Shown in pieces: positions 1-10,274 of a stretch of DNA of 64,000 nt. Source of the stretch: Synechococcus sp. Its GTDB lineage: Bacteria; Cyanobacteriota; Cyanobacteriia; PCC-6307; Cyanobiaceae. A program made the translations under genes and the position numbers. The stretch lies in NCBI GenBank assembly GCA_047285805.1, contig JBJBCN010000002.1, positions 512,001 to 576,000 on the forward strand. The letters run 5' to 3'. Numbering within the stretch: the stretch's first letter is position 1; every line of letters begins with the position of its first letter. The notes below the pieces were generated by a model. It saw nothing but the letters and a program-made list of their open reading frames with translations. It did no database searches and had not been told where the DNA came from.

Positions 1-349
1 CAACAACCGAGCGGATCTCTTCGTCAGCATCCATGCCAACGCCCTGAGCATGAATCGCCCGGACGTGAACGGTGTTGAGACCTTCTATTTCCAGGGCGGT
101 CGTTCCTTAAACCTGGCTCAGTCCATCCAGAACCAGCTCTTGGCGGCGTCGCCTGGAACCCCAGACCGGGGAGCGCGCTCCGGCCGCTTCTTTGTGATTC
201 GCCGCACGGTGATGCCCGCAGCTCTGGTGGAGATGGGCTTTGTCACGGGTCAACTTGATGCCCCGCGATTGGCCGATCCCGTTTTCCGCCGGCGGCTCGC
301 CGTTGCTATCGCTATGGGCATCCTGAATTACCTGGTCGCTTACCCATGA
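1..349 (+). CDS. N-acetylmuramoyl-L-alanine amidase, C-terminal part (5' end outside window)
   Basis: Frame reads ADLFVSIHANA...NGVETFY...RFFVIRRTVMPAALVEMGF, the Amidase_3 motifs; lies upstream of murI. Confidence 0.9.
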   Translation, partial: NNRADLFVSIHANALSMNRPDVNGVETFYFQGGRSLNLAQSIQNQLLAASPGTPDRGARSGRFFVIRRTVMPAALVEMGFVTGQLDAPRLADPVFRRRLAVAIAMGILNYLVAYP

Positions 350-1194
350 GTGGGGCCCCCATCGGCCTCTTTGATTCCGGCGTTGGCGGTTTAAGCATCT
401 GGCGCCAGGTGGTGCATGCCCTGCCGTCTGAGCCACTGCTCTACGTCGCCGATCAGGCTCATGTGCCGTACGGCCATCGCTCGGCAGCCGAGATTCAGGC
501 CAACAGCCAGGCGATAGCGGACTATTTGGTTTCCGAAGGCTGCAAGGCGATCGTGGTGGCCTGCAACACCGCCTCTGCCGTTGCGCTGGAGCCGCTCCGC
601 CAGCGTTTTCCGCAGCTACCGATTCTCGGTTTAGAGCCCGCGGTGAAGCCGGCGGTGCAGCTCACCCGCTCCGGGGTGGTGGGGGTGATGGCCACACCGG
701 CCACATTTCACGGCCAGTTGTATCGAGCCACGGTCGGTCGCTACGCCACGGCCGTTCAGGTGGTGGAGCAGGTTTGTGTCGGCCTGGCGGAATTGGTGGA
801 GCAGGGCGAGCTGGAGGGACGGGACTGTGACTCCAGGTTGATGGGCTATCTGGAGCCCATGTTGGCGGCCGGGGCCGACACGATTGTCTTGGGCTGTACC
901 CACTACCCCTTCGTGATCGAGTCCATCCGCCGTTTGGTGGGGCCGTTGATGGCGGTCGTGGATCCAGCGCCGGCCGTGGCCCGTCACCTTGCCGATGTCC
1001 TGGCCAGGGACGGGCTGTTGGCCCCTGTCGAGAGGGGGCCGCTGGAGCCGGCTTCCCGCTACCGCTTTGCCACAACGGCCAATCCATCGGCTTTCAACCA
1101 GGCCCTCTCGCGACTGGTGGGTGTGAGGAGCTCTAGTCAGACCTTGATCTGGCGACAGGGTCCCGATCAATCCCTCGTTCTCCACCCTGCTTAG
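346..1194 (+). CDS. murI: glutamate racemase
   Basis: FDSGVGG, ACNTAS and LGCTHYP catalytic motifs. Confidence 0.95.
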   Translation: MSGAPIGLFDSGVGGLSIWRQVVHALPSEPLLYVADQAHVPYGHRSAAEIQANSQAIADYLVSEGCKAIVVACNTASAVALEPLRQRFPQLPILGLEPAVKPAVQLTRSGVVGVMATPATFHGQLYRATVGRYATAVQVVEQVCVGLAELVEQGELEGRDCDSRLMGYLEPMLAAGADTIVLGCTHYPFVIESIRRLVGPLMAVVDPAPAVARHLADVLARDGLLAPVERGPLEPASRYRFATTANPSAFNQALSRLVGVRSSSQTLIWRQGPDQSLVLHPA

Positions 1195-1244
1195 GCAGCG
1201 GTCAGAGGCTGGCTCCTTCTAGGATCAAACCACCGCTGGGGTTC

Positions 1245-2216
1245 ATGGCCACCGTTGCAGAGCTGCTACAGCCCGTCGAGTCCGATCTCGAGGCTCTGCT
1301 GAGTGATCTCCGCAGTCTGATTGGTGCTGGGCACCCGATTCTCCAAGCCGCTGCAGAGCATCTCTTCAGCGCTGGTGGAAAGCGGCTTCGTCCCGGCATT
1401 GTTCTTTTGATTTCACGGGCGCTTGCGCCCGATGGTGAGCTCACCAGCCGTCACCGGCGCCTGGCCGAAATCACCGAGATGATCCACACCGCCTCGCTCG
1501 TCCACGATGACGTGGTGGATGAGGCCTCCACCCGCCGCGGCGTCGACACCGTCCACAGCCGCTTCAATCACCGCGTTGCGGTCCTGGCCGGTGACTTCCT
1601 GTTCGCTCAGGCCAGTTGGCACCTCGCCAACCTGGACAACCTCGAGGTGGTCAAGCTCCTCTCTCGCGTGATCATGGATCTCGCCGATGGAGAGGTGAAA
1701 CAGGGCCTCTATCGCTACGACACAGGCCAGAGCTTCGAGACCTACCTCGAGAAGAGCTACTGCAAGACCGCCTCGTTGATTGCCAACAGTGCCCGTGCGG
1801 CCGGGGTTCTTAGTGGTCTGCCTAAATCACAGCTCGATGACCTCTATCGCTTTGGGCGGCAGTTGGGCTTGGCTTTCCAGGTGGTCGATGACATCCTTGA
1901 TTTCACCGGCAGTGACCAACAGCTGGGCAAGCCCGCAGCCAGCGACCTTGCCAGCGGCTACCTAACGGCACCGGCTCTCTATGCCCTTGAGGAACGTCCG
2001 GCGCTAGCTGGTCTGATTGAGCGAGAGTTCAACCAAGAGGGAGATCTCGAGCAAGCCCTGGAATTGGTTCGCAGCAGCAACGCGATCCATCGTTCACGGA
2101 ACCTGGCCGAGACCTTCGCCAATGAGGCCTACGAGGCCCTGAGCTTCCTACCCCCATCGGATTGCCGCACGGCTCTGTTGGATCTGCCTGAGTTTGTTCT
2201 GAGCCGCCTCTACTGA
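1245..2216 (+). CDS. sds: solanesyl diphosphate synthase (polyprenyl synthetase)
   Basis: GGKRLRP, HDDVVD and FQVVDDILD aspartate-rich motifs. Confidence 0.93.
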   Translation: MATVAELLQPVESDLEALLSDLRSLIGAGHPILQAAAEHLFSAGGKRLRPGIVLLISRALAPDGELTSRHRRLAEITEMIHTASLVHDDVVDEASTRRGVDTVHSRFNHRVAVLAGDFLFAQASWHLANLDNLEVVKLLSRVIMDLADGEVKQGLYRYDTGQSFETYLEKSYCKTASLIANSARAAGVLSGLPKSQLDDLYRFGRQLGLAFQVVDDILDFTGSDQQLGKPAASDLASGYLTAPALYALEERPALAGLIEREFNQEGDLEQALELVRSSNAIHRSRNLAETFANEAYEALSFLPPSDCRTALLDLPEFVLSRLY

Positions 2217-2884
2217 GGAGTGTCACCGAGTAACGGCAGCACGTCGATGAGTGAGGTGAGCATCTCTGCGCCTTCTTCCTGGTAATGCTTGCGATCGGCA
2301 CCAGGTGCCGGCACTACGAAGACGCGACAGCCCGCTGCCAAGGCGGCCTCGGCTCCCGCGGGGGAGTCTTCAAAGGCCCAGCTCTCAGCGCAGTCAACCC
2401 CCAAACGCTGGGCGGCGAGTTTAAAGACATCCGGATGGGGCTTTCCCCGTTTGAGTTCGGGATCGTCACCATGGACCCGTTCTTGAATGGCCTCGAGCCA
2501 GGGGTGCGGTTTGGCTTTGAGCTTCACCGCCTCCCTGGAGCTGCTGGTGGCAAGAGCCATCGGTAGAGCCATGTCGAGGCATCGTCGAACCAGCGCTTGG
2601 GCTCCGGCCATGGGTTGGGCCTGGATCAGGAGTGCTTCGGCGATGGGTTGGCGGATAGCCAGCAAGGCCTCCGGGTTGGGGACCTCGAGGCCGCTTGTAC
2701 CAATCCAGAGACGGACTTGATCGGCGCAGTCCAGCCGCCGGCGCCCTCGCAATTGCATGAGCTCCCCATCCGTCAGCTCTCGACCGAAGTGCTGGGCCGC
2801 CTGCTGCCAGGCCTGGGCATGCAGGGGTTCGGTGTCGAGCAGAAGCCCATCGAGGTCGAACAGGCAGGCGGCGGGATGAGCCAT
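2210..2884 (-). CDS. HAD-family phosphatase
   Basis: FDLDGLLLDTE motif I, GKPHPD, FEDSPAG. Confidence 0.9.
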   Translation of the reverse strand: MAHPAACLFDLDGLLLDTEPLHAQAWQQAAQHFGRELTDGELMQLRGRRRLDCADQVRLWIGTSGLEVPNPEALLAIRQPIAEALLIQAQPMAGAQALVRRCLDMALPMALATSSSREAVKLKAKPHPWLEAIQERVHGDDPELKRGKPHPDVFKLAAQRLGVDCAESWAFEDSPAGAEAALAAGCRVFVVPAPGADRKHYQEEGAEMLTSLIDVLPLLGDTPQ

Positions 2885-2974
2885 GTCCCCATCCTGAACC
2901 CTGCAACAGCGTTACAGCCCTTCAGCGCGGCGTTTTTCCTCGCTTGAATGGCCCCATTACTTTGTCGCTGGCCC

Positions 2975-4945
2975 ATGTCTGAGACCGGGATCGAATCAGT
3001 GCTGAATGAGGCGCGGGTGTTTGATCCACCGGCAGCGCTCTCCGCAGCGGCTCGGATAGGCTCCCTGCAGACGTATCGCGAACTGGCGGCCCTTGCGGAG
3101 GTCGATCCCGATACCTTTTGGGGCGAGGCGGCACGCCGGGAGCTGCATTGGTTTAAGCCGTTTGAGACTGTCCTCGATTGGAGCAATCCCCCCTTTGCGC
3201 GCTGGTTTGAGGGGGGACAAACCAACCTCTCCTACAACTGTTTGGACCGCCATCTCAGTGGACCCCGGGCGGAGAAGACGGCCCTGATCTGGGAGGGCGA
3301 ACCGGGCGATGTTCGCCGCTTCAGTTACCGCGAATTGCATGCGGAAGTCTGCAAAGCTGCCAATGCCCTCAAGGCCCTCGGCATCGCCAAGGGCGACCTA
3401 GTCGCGCTTTACATGCCGATGGTGCCCGAGGCGGCCATTGCGATGTTGGCCTGCGCCCGTATCGGCGCACCCCATTCCGTGGTCTTCGGTGGCTTCTCCG
3501 CAGATGCCCTGCGCGATCGGCTCATCGACGGCGAGGTCAAAGCGGTCATTACCGCCGATGGCGGTTTCCGCAAGGACAAACCCGTTCCCCTGAAGCCTGC
3601 CGTTGACGAGGCCCTAGCGGCCAAAGGCGGTGCCCCCAGCGTTGAGCATGTTCTGGTGGTCCAGCGCATCGACTCCGGATGTGCAATGGAGTCTGGTCGT
3701 GACCACTGGTGGCATGAGCTCGTGGCTGGACAGAGCAGCGACTGTGCAGCTGAGCCGATGGAGAGCGAGGACCGTCTTTTTGTCCTTTACACCTCGGGCT
3801 CCACGGGGAAACCGAAGGGTGTCGTGCACACCACCGCCGGTTACAACCTCTGGGCCCACCTGACCTTCCAGTGGATATTCGACATCCGCGAAGACGACGT
3901 GCACTGGTGCACGGCGGATGTGGGCTGGATCACGGGACACAGCTATATCGTCTATGGCCCCCTCTCCAACGGGGCGACGACGGTGATGTACGAGGGCGCA
4001 CCCCGCCCGAGCAAGCCAGGCGCCTTCTGGGAGTTGATCCAGAAACACCGGTGCACCATCTTTTACACCGCACCGACGGCGATTCGCGCCTTCATGAAGA
4101 GTGGCCGTGAGGTGCCGGATCAATACGACATGAGTTCCTTGCGGATCTTGGGCACCGTGGGTGAGCCGATTAATCCGGAGGCCTGGATCTGGTATCGCGA
4201 TGTCATCGGCGGCGGTCGCTGCCCGATCGTCGACACCTGGTGGCAGACGGAAACCGGTGGAGTGATGATCAGCCCCCTACCGGCAGCGACCCCGACGAAG
4301 CCTGGTTCCGCGACCCTTCCCCTTCCCGGGATTGAGGCCGACATCGTCGACTATGACGGCAACTCTCAAGGAGCCGATCAAGGGGGTTACCTCGCCGTTC
4401 GCCGTCCTTGGCCAGGGATGATGCGCACCGTCCACGGTGATCCGGACCGCTTCCGCAAGAGCTACTGGGAGGAGATTCGTCCAGCTGATGGCTCCCACAT
4501 CTATTTCGCCGGTGACGGAGCCCGTCGCGATGCCGATGGATACTTCTGGGTCATGGGCCGGGTCGACGACGTGATCAACGTCAGTGGCCACAGGCTCGGG
4601 ACGATGGAAATCGAGAGCGCCCTGGTGAGTCACCCCGCCGTGGCGGAGTCGGCTGTGGTCGGCCGCCCGGATGATCTCAAGGGTGAGGGCATCGTCGCCT
4701 TCGTCACCCTTGAGGCCGGGCGCAGTGGTGATGACGCCTTGATCGCAGAGCTTCGCAGACATGTGGGCAAGGAGATCGGTCCGATTGCCCGCCCGGATGT
4801 GATCAAGTTCAGCGATGCCCTTCCGAAGACCCGTAGCGGCAAGATCATGCGCAGAATTTTGCGCTCTCTGGCCGCCGGTCAAGAGGTGAGCGGCGACACC
4901 TCAACCCTCGAGGATCGTTCCGTCCTCGATCAGTTGCGGGTCTGA
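2975..4945 (+). CDS. acs: acetate--CoA ligase
   Basis: [36 protein letters not shown] at 2975 preferred as start. Confidence 0.97.
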   Translation: MSETGIESVLNEARVFDPPAALSAAARIGSLQTYRELAALAEVDPDTFWGEAARRELHWFKPFETVLDWSNPPFARWFEGGQTNLSYNCLDRHLSGPRAEKTALIWEGEPGDVRRFSYRELHAEVCKAANALKALGIAKGDLVALYMPMVPEAAIAMLACARIGAPHSVVFGGFSADALRDRLIDGEVKAVITADGGFRKDKPVPLKPAVDEALAAKGGAPSVEHVLVVQRIDSGCAMESGRDHWWHELVAGQSSDCAAEPMESEDRLFVLYTSGSTGKPKGVVHTTAGYNLWAHLTFQWIFDIREDDVHWCTADVGWITGHSYIVYGPLSNGATTVMYEGAPRPSKPGAFWELIQKHRCTIFYTAPTAIRAFMKSGREVPDQYDMSSLRILGTVGEPINPEAWIWYRDVIGGGRCPIVDTWWQTETGGVMISPLPAATPTKPGSATLPLPGIEADIVDYDGNSQGADQGGYLAVRRPWPGMMRTVHGDPDRFRKSYWEEIRPADGSHIYFAGDGARRDADGYFWVMGRVDDVINVSGHRLGTMEIESALVSHPAVAESAVVGRPDDLKGEGIVAFVTLEAGRSGDDALIAELRRHVGKEIGPIARPDVIKFSDALPKTRSGKIMRRILRSLAAGQEVSGDTSTLEDRSVLDQLRV

Positions 4946-5679
4946 CTCGGGCTTTTCCACCACTGCAGCAGTTGATCGGCCAGTTGATCCAGTTCCCTCT
5001 GTCGGGCTGGATCATCGGCCCATCCCCCCAGCAGTTTTTGTCGTAGTCCTGCGCTGGCGGGGGTGAGGTGATCTCCGGCTCGCTGCATCAATTGCGAGTT
5101 GTCTGGGCTGCGTTGTTGCAGCACCTTCAGGAGCCGAGGGCTCTGGTCCAGTTGGTCGCTCTTAAAGCGCACCAGCAGATTGTTGGCTTGTCTGTAATTC
5201 CGCTCAATCAGCCGCAGGGTTTCCTCGGGGGATGGACTGAATTCACTGGTCACCCCGAGGGCCGGTCCGATCTCCGCGAGCAGTGGAACGCTGCGTTCGG
5301 CCGAGAAGTTGTTGAAGCTCATGGCCGCCAGGGCGCTGCAGCCTCGTCCGTTATCGGGGGCCAGAAGGTGCAGCTTGCAGCCCAGGCTGTGGCCGAGCCT
5401 CAACGGTGGGGGCTGATCAGGGTCTCGCCGCTGGCGAAAGGTCCTCCAGGCTTCATTGGCCTGGGCCTGATGGTCAAAGCCTGGGACATAGCTCCAAGCG
5501 TGGATGGCCATGCCGCGGCGCGCCAAGGCCTCGAGCAAGCGCCGATAGCTGATCTTTGGTGTCGCAGCGAGATAGCTGCCGCCGATGAACTCGATCAACC
5601 CCTGGGGTTGGGGAGGGCTCCAGCACCAGAGACTTCCCCGCTGACGCCAGTTCACGCGGCCTGCAGGCGCTTCAGGCAC
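4930..5679 (-). CDS. DUF1350-family alpha/beta hydrolase-like protein
   Basis: [11 protein letters not shown] and GHSLGCKL motifs typical of this cyanobacterial family; start uncertain. Confidence 0.8.
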   Translation of the reverse strand: MPEAPAGRVNWRQRGSLWCWSPPQPQGLIEFIGGSYLAATPKISYRRLLEALARRGMAIHAWSYVPGFDHQAQANEAWRTFRQRRDPDQPPPLRLGHSLGCKLHLLAPDNGRGCSALAAMSFNNFSAERSVPLLAEIGPALGVTSEFSPSPEETLRLIERNYRQANNLLVRFKSDQLDQSPRLLKVLQQRSPDNSQLMQRAGDHLTPASAGLRQKLLGGWADDPARQRELDQLADQLLQWWKSPSQTRN

Positions 5680-6122
5680 TCCAGGGCTTCACGGCGATGG
5701 GCCGGCCCGTCCAGCAGGTTGTTGAAGACGTGGCGCACTACACCCTCGGCGTCGATCACATAGGTGACGCGGCCCGGCAGAAGCCCAAGGACGCCAGGTA
5801 CACCAAAGGCCTTGCGCAGCTGGTTGTCATGGTCCACCAGCAAGGGGTAAGGGAGGTTGTGGCGGGTGGCGAAGCGTTGATGACTGCCGGCGTTGTCGCC
5901 GCTGACCCCCCAGACGTCGGCCCCCAAGGCCTGCAAATCGGCGTAGCTGTCGCGGAAGGCGCAGGCCTCCATCGTGCAGCCCGGAGTGTCGTCCTTTGGG
6001 TAGAAGAAGAGCACCAGGGACTTGCCGGTCAATTGGTCGCTGCGGCGCTCAACCCCGTTCTGATCCTGTAGGGCGATCAGGGGAGCGCGATCACCGCTTT
6101 TTAGGGCTTGAGCCAAGGCCAA
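5652..6122 (-). CDS. peroxiredoxin (BCP/PrxQ)
   Basis: FYPKDDTPGCTMEACAFRD. Confidence 0.93.
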   Translation of the reverse strand: MALAQALKSGDRAPLIALQDQNGVERRSDQLTGKSLVLFFYPKDDTPGCTMEACAFRDSYADLQALGADVWGVSGDNAGSHQRFATRHNLPYPLLVDHDNQLRKAFGVPGVLGLLPGRVTYVIDAEGVVRHVFNNLLDGPAHRREALECLKRLQAA

Positions 6123-6214
6123 TCCAACAGATGGGCAAACCCTAGGGAGGGGCTGGCCAGGGCTGGGATCATGGGGGCACTACGGAGGTGGTGATGGTCA
6201 GGGGCGACGCCGAG

Positions 6215-7132
6215 ATGGACGACCAACAGTCGCTCACCGCTTGGGAGCAGGTTGACCTGCTCAGCCTGGTAGGCGCCCCTGCGGCCACCTCGCTCCCCTC
6301 GCAACCAGAGCCAGAGCGTTCTGATGAACCTATGTCGGCAATCGAGTCAGCCTCTGAGCCCGATGTCATTTCTGAGCAGGTTCCTGAACCAGCCGCCCTG
6401 CCAATCCCCGCAGAGGTGCCTGCAGTCTCACCGGAGCGTCTACTGATCCTCGACACCGAGACCACGGGACTATCCCCAGCGCAACACCAGTGCATCGAGG
6501 TTGGGGCAGTGCTGTTCTCGGTCCCGGATCGCTCCGTGCTGAGTCAGGTCTCGTTTTTGGTGCCCTGTCAGAGCAATGCCGCTGAAGCGGTGAATGGGAT
6601 CGCACCCGCCCTCACCCAGCGAACACAGCCCTGGCAGGCCGGTTTGGCCTGCTTTGAGGCCATGGTCGAGGCGGCTGATCTGCTGTTGGCCCACAACGCC
6701 TCCTTCGACAAGCAGTGGTTTGGCCTCGCTTCCCTGCCAGCCCTAAACAAGCCCTGGCTTTGTTCGATGGAGGACATCCGTTGGCCCCAGGAACGCCAGC
6801 TGCGATCAACCCCTTCGGTCCGTGATCTGGCCTTGGCCTATGGCGTTCCGGTTTGGGCGGCCCACCGGGCTTTGACCGACTGCATCTACCTGGCGCAGGT
6901 TTTTGAGCGCTGCGAGGGCTTGGAGGATCTCCTGGTTCAAGCGATGGAGCCGCGTCGCCTCTACCGCGCACGCCTCTCCTACGAGGAACGGCACAAGGCC
7001 CGGGAGGCTGGATTCCGTTGGAACCAGCCTGTGAGTGGCGCCTGGAGCCGCCGCCTTTCCGAGCGGGAGGTGGCTTTACTTCCATTCCCGGTGGCTCCGG
7101 TGGATGATCCAGGGGAGCGGCAGAGCGCCTGA
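6215..7132 (+). CDS. DEDDh 3'-5' exonuclease (DnaQ-like)
   Basis: ILDTETTGL, AHNASFD, AHRALTDC. Confidence 0.88.
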   Translation: MDDQQSLTAWEQVDLLSLVGAPAATSLPSQPEPERSDEPMSAIESASEPDVISEQVPEPAALPIPAEVPAVSPERLLILDTETTGLSPAQHQCIEVGAVLFSVPDRSVLSQVSFLVPCQSNAAEAVNGIAPALTQRTQPWQAGLACFEAMVEAADLLLAHNASFDKQWFGLASLPALNKPWLCSMEDIRWPQERQLRSTPSVRDLALAYGVPVWAAHRALTDCIYLAQVFERCEGLEDLLVQAMEPRRLYRARLSYEERHKAREAGFRWNQPVSGAWSRRLSEREVALLPFPVAPVDDPGERQSA

Positions 7133-7179
7133 TTTGCTTCAGCAACAGGAAGCGGACCCGCTCATTTGAATGACTTGCC

Positions 7180-7485
7180 ATGGGCTCTCACCATCGTGGT
7201 GGGTACGCTCTGCTCCTTTACATGTCTGCTCACGCCCGTGGTCATCCCTCCAGGCCTTGCGCGGTTAGCAAGGTCCAGCGCTGGCAGCGCAGCCGCACCT
7301 GGGCCCGCTTAATCCGGGAAGCGGAAGCGCTTTGGCATGTTGATGTGCGTGAGCTTCATCGCCTCGCAGCCCTGGAGTTGTCCCAATTGCTGGAAGAGGT
7401 GCCGCCGGGTCTGCGCCCTCGCGTGAATCGCTGGTTAGAGGGCTATCACGTCCATACGCGCCTGGAACCAGATTCGAAGCTTTGA
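7180..7485 (+). CDS. conserved hypothetical protein
   Basis: WARLIREAEALWHVDVR motif resembles a small picocyanobacterial family; start uncertain. Confidence 0.6.
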   Translation: MGSHHRGGYALLLYMSAHARGHPSRPCAVSKVQRWQRSRTWARLIREAEALWHVDVRELHRLAALELSQLLEEVPPGLRPRVNRWLEGYHVHTRLEPDSKL

Positions 7486-7489
7486 TGCG

Positions 7490-8046
7490 TGAGTGTCAGT
7501 AGTGAGGCTAGGAGCTCACAGTTCGGAAAACGCTTCGAGTGAATGTTCAAGTAGGTCTGGCCATCCAGCAGGGCCTTGAGGTCCTGCTGCTGGATCACCA
7601 CCGAACCTGTCAGCCGACAGGTCGTGACTCCCTCCCGAAGGGGGCCCCGCTGAAGCTTCAGATCCGTTTGGACGGTAGCGGTGGTGTAGGGGATCTAGAG
7701 GACCCCCGGCATAGGCCCCGGGTTGGCTCGGGGGTGTCGGCCCTTGTACATGGATGCCTCCGTACACCGCTGGACGAAATAATCCGCCTGCTGAAAGATT
7801 TTGGAAGGCGAAATCAAAAACCAAGCGTTGGGTCTCTGCTTCGTAGTAGATCCTGCGGGGATTGATGAGCCCGCCCGTGGCGGACGATTCCTTGACATTG
7901 GCAAAGCCTGGGCCGCCAGCGCCATTCCCCGGGAGAAGTCAGTTGCCCGTGTAAACACTGAGTCGAAGGTGCATGGGCTCAGCCTGTTCGCGTAGGCCGA
8001 GGGCCATGACCGTGACCAGGGGCAGCAAGCGAAGAAAGGCCTTCAT
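7490..8046 (-). pseudogene. secreted CHRD-domain protein pseudogene
   Basis: Signal-peptide-like MKAFLRLLPLVTVMALG, in-frame TGA at 7939-7941, then SATGG...IYYEAETQRLVFDFAFQNLS...IHVQGP, a frameshift near 7715, then DLKALLDGQTYLNIHSKRFP (CHRD-type YxNxH..FP). Confidence 0.7.
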
Positions 8047-8104
8047 GAATCAGTGAATCTGGACTCGGTCTAGCCAGCTTCCTTGTTGTTGTTACACCAA
8101 AAAA

Positions 8105-8125
8105 ACCACCTCTGGGGGAGGTGGT
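8105..8125 (-). terminator. intrinsic terminator downstream of tRNA-Pro
   Basis: ACCACCTC/GAGGTGGT stem with an A-run on its left (U-tail on the minus strand). Confidence 0.75.
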
Positions 8126-8150
8126 CAATTTGGTCTTGCCGTTGATGAAA

Positions 8151-8224
8151 TCGGAGCGGCGGGATTTGAACCCACGACCCCCACTACCCCAAAGTGGTGC
8201 GCTACCAAGCTGCGCTACGCCCCG
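8151..8224 (-). tRNA. tRNA-Pro (GGG)
   Basis: Reverse complement CGGGGCGTAGCGCAGCTTGGTAGCGCACCACTTTGGGGTAGTGGGGGTCGTGGGTTCAAATCCCGCCGCTCCGA folds as a cloverleaf with anticodon GGG. Confidence 0.97.
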
Positions 8225-8239
8225 GCGACGAAGAAGCTA

Positions 8240-8626
8240 TCACAGCGCTTTCCCGCGTCTGGAACGGATTTTTCGAAGCATCTGGCGGGTCAGTTGCTCC
8301 CGGTTTAACCCCGCATAGCCCCAGAGGCGGAGGCCGCAGGCGAGCTCCCTCAACTCCCGCAGATTCATCGACGCCAGGCGCAGTTCAGGCACCTTCTGCC
8401 AGGCGGTGGCCGTGGGTGGCAAAGCACTGCCAACGCGGCCCGGTTTCAGGCTGGAGAGTGCCCCGTCCGCCATCCATTCGGGCACAAGCACAAACAGCAC
8501 GGCTAAAAGCCCGTAGAGCTCCACAAGACCACGGGGCAAGGGATGCAGTTGCCGAGGGGCGTTGGTGTCAGCCGATTCGGTAATGGGTCTTGGCTCCGTG
8601 TCAGCGCCGGCGCCATTGTTTCGCAA
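8240..8626 (-). CDS. conserved hypothetical membrane protein
   Basis: One TM segment plus C-terminal MNLRELRELA...GYAGLNREQL (Rho-N-like helix motif). Confidence 0.7.
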   Translation of the reverse strand: MRNNGAGADTEPRPITESADTNAPRQLHPLPRGLVELYGLLAVLFVLVPEWMADGALSSLKPGRVGSALPPTATAWQKVPELRLASMNLRELRELACGLRLWGYAGLNREQLTRQMLRKIRSRRGKAL

Positions 8627-8669
8627 GCCACGTCCTCCCCCAAGGGGGGCAGCGGCTGAGCTGTCCGCC

Positions 8670-8852
8670 TTAGATCAGGTCAGCTGGGCGACGTTGGAGT
8701 GGCTTCGGGCTCTCAAGGGCGGGTTGGTCTTTCCAGAGCATCGGCACTTCGGTACTGGGCGCCAAGCGGACATACCAAAAGACCATCGCAAAGATCAGCC
8801 CGAGGGTGGCCAACATGCCGATGATCAGGGTGCGATCGGGCAACGGATTCAT
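8670..8852 (-). CDS. small membrane hypothetical protein
   Basis: Single TM; ATG overlaps the upstream stop. Confidence 0.55.
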   Translation of the reverse strand: MNPLPDRTLIIGMLATLGLIFAMVFWYVRLAPSTEVPMLWKDQPALESPKPLQRRPADLI

Positions 8853-9145
8853 CAGACCTGATCCATCCGCAAACACTGGATGCGCATCGGCAGTTGCTCC
8901 AGGGTGAGTTCATCGCCGCGCAGGATCATTTCCATGCCGTCGCTGCTGTAGCGGACCCCGGGTTCATTGCTTTGAAACCGGAAGAATGTTCTGCGGTAGC
9001 CGCCGCTGATCATGGAGGCCTGGGATTGGTTCCGCTCAATTACGAGCATCCCCTTGTCATGGCAGAGGTATCGATCTTTGATCCCGTAGTCCTCCCACCA
9101 AGGGGACTGCATGGCCTGGGCGATCAGAAGGGCAAAGCCAAGCAT
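8852..9145 (-). CDS. hypothetical secreted protein (MliC-like fold possible)
   Basis: Signal-like N-terminus, YLC...GVRYSSDG...C; coupled to the msrA stop. Confidence 0.6.
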   Translation of the reverse strand: MLGFALLIAQAMQSPWWEDYGIKDRYLCHDKGMLVIERNQSQASMISGGYRRTFFRFQSNEPGVRYSSDGMEMILRGDELTLEQLPMRIQCLRMDQV

Positions 9146-9903
9146 TAGAGGCGGATGGGGCTGTTGTCTCCCCGCAGGACGCAGTGGCTGAGGCTCCAGT
9201 CGTAGTGCTCCCACACCGAAGCAGGGAGTTGGTAATGACAGCCCTCCCACTGTTGATCGAGCAAGACGCCCTGGGGTTGAGCTGAGCAGTATGGGCGACT
9301 TCCCGGGCGTGCCAAGTATTGCTGGTGGTATCCCTCCGCGAAGAAAAAGGGTTTGCCCAGAGCGATGTCCGTGGTGATGGCTCCTTTGCAGGAGCCATCG
9401 AGCAGCTCTTGGTAGCGATCACGGGAGGCCTTGGCGACCTCGATGAGCTTTGGTTCGTTGACGAAGATCGAGGAGCGGTACTGGGTTCCGGTGTCATTGC
9501 CCTGGGCCATGCCCTGGGTGGGGTTGTGGCATTCCCAGAACAGTTTCAGGAGATCGCTAAAATCGACTGCATTCACATCCCAGACAACCCGGACCACTTC
9601 GGTGTGTCCCGTGCGGCCCGAGCACACCTCCTCGTAGATGGGATTTGGGGTGAAGCCTCCGGCGTAACCGACGGCGGTAGTTATCACGCCCGGCAGTCGC
9701 CAGAAGCCTTTCTCGGCCCCCCAGAAGCAGCCGCAGCCAAACAGGGCTTCCTGTTGGCTGGTGGTCAATGGTGCCTTGAGTGCCGTACCGAGCACGACGT
9801 GGCGCTCGGAGGTCGCGATCGTATCCCGGCGACCGGGCAGGGCCGCTTCTGGTGCGATCAGGTTTGCCTTCGATTCACCCATGCCTTGGAACAGTCCGAA
9901 CAC
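9145..9903 (-). CDS. msrA: peptide methionine sulfoxide reductase A
   Basis: GCFWG, GHTEVV, AEGYHQQYL. Confidence 0.95.
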   Translation of the reverse strand: MFGLFQGMGESKANLIAPEAALPGRRDTIATSERHVVLGTALKAPLTTSQQEALFGCGCFWGAEKGFWRLPGVITTAVGYAGGFTPNPIYEEVCSGRTGHTEVVRVVWDVNAVDFSDLLKLFWECHNPTQGMAQGNDTGTQYRSSIFVNEPKLIEVAKASRDRYQELLDGSCKGAITTDIALGKPFFFAEGYHQQYLARPGSRPYCSAQPQGVLLDQQWEGCHYQLPASVWEHYDWSLSHCVLRGDNSPIRL

Positions 9904-9936
9904 ACAGAAGCACTTGCTGGCCAGAGCGTAGGGAGT

Positions 9937-10191
9937 TCAGCCCTCAGCCGAAGTGGATTCCAGGGAGATGTGATTCAGCAGCGTTGTGGTGAACGCAAAA
10001 AGCAGGAAGGGCAGCGACAAGACGAGGATCAGCCCGACACCAACCAGCGCCACCATTGGCTTGCTCGTGCCCATCAGGGCTAAGCCAGCCGCCAGGCTGA
10101 CGAAGATCACCAACATCCAAATCAGGATCTGGCCGTAGATGTCGCCAAACGTCAGGGTGCAGCGCAGGCGGTAGGCAGTGCTGGTGAGCAT
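9937..10191 (-). CDS. conserved membrane protein
   Basis: CTLTFGDIYGQI followed by two TM helices. Confidence 0.75.
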   Translation of the reverse strand: MLTSTAYRLRCTLTFGDIYGQILIWMLVIFVSLAAGLALMGTSKPMVALVGVGLILVLSLPFLLFAFTTTLLNHISLESTSAEG

Positions 10192-10274
10192 TGGTCGCTC
10201 ATCGGGGCATTTATGCCCAGCTAAGCGAGCTACGGCTTGGTTGTCTGGAGTTGTTGCGATAACGATGTTCTCCG

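Noticed and set aside
8151..8224. tRNA-Pro as the attachment site of an intact island
   Set aside because: No duplicated tRNA 3' end or adjacent integrase is seen
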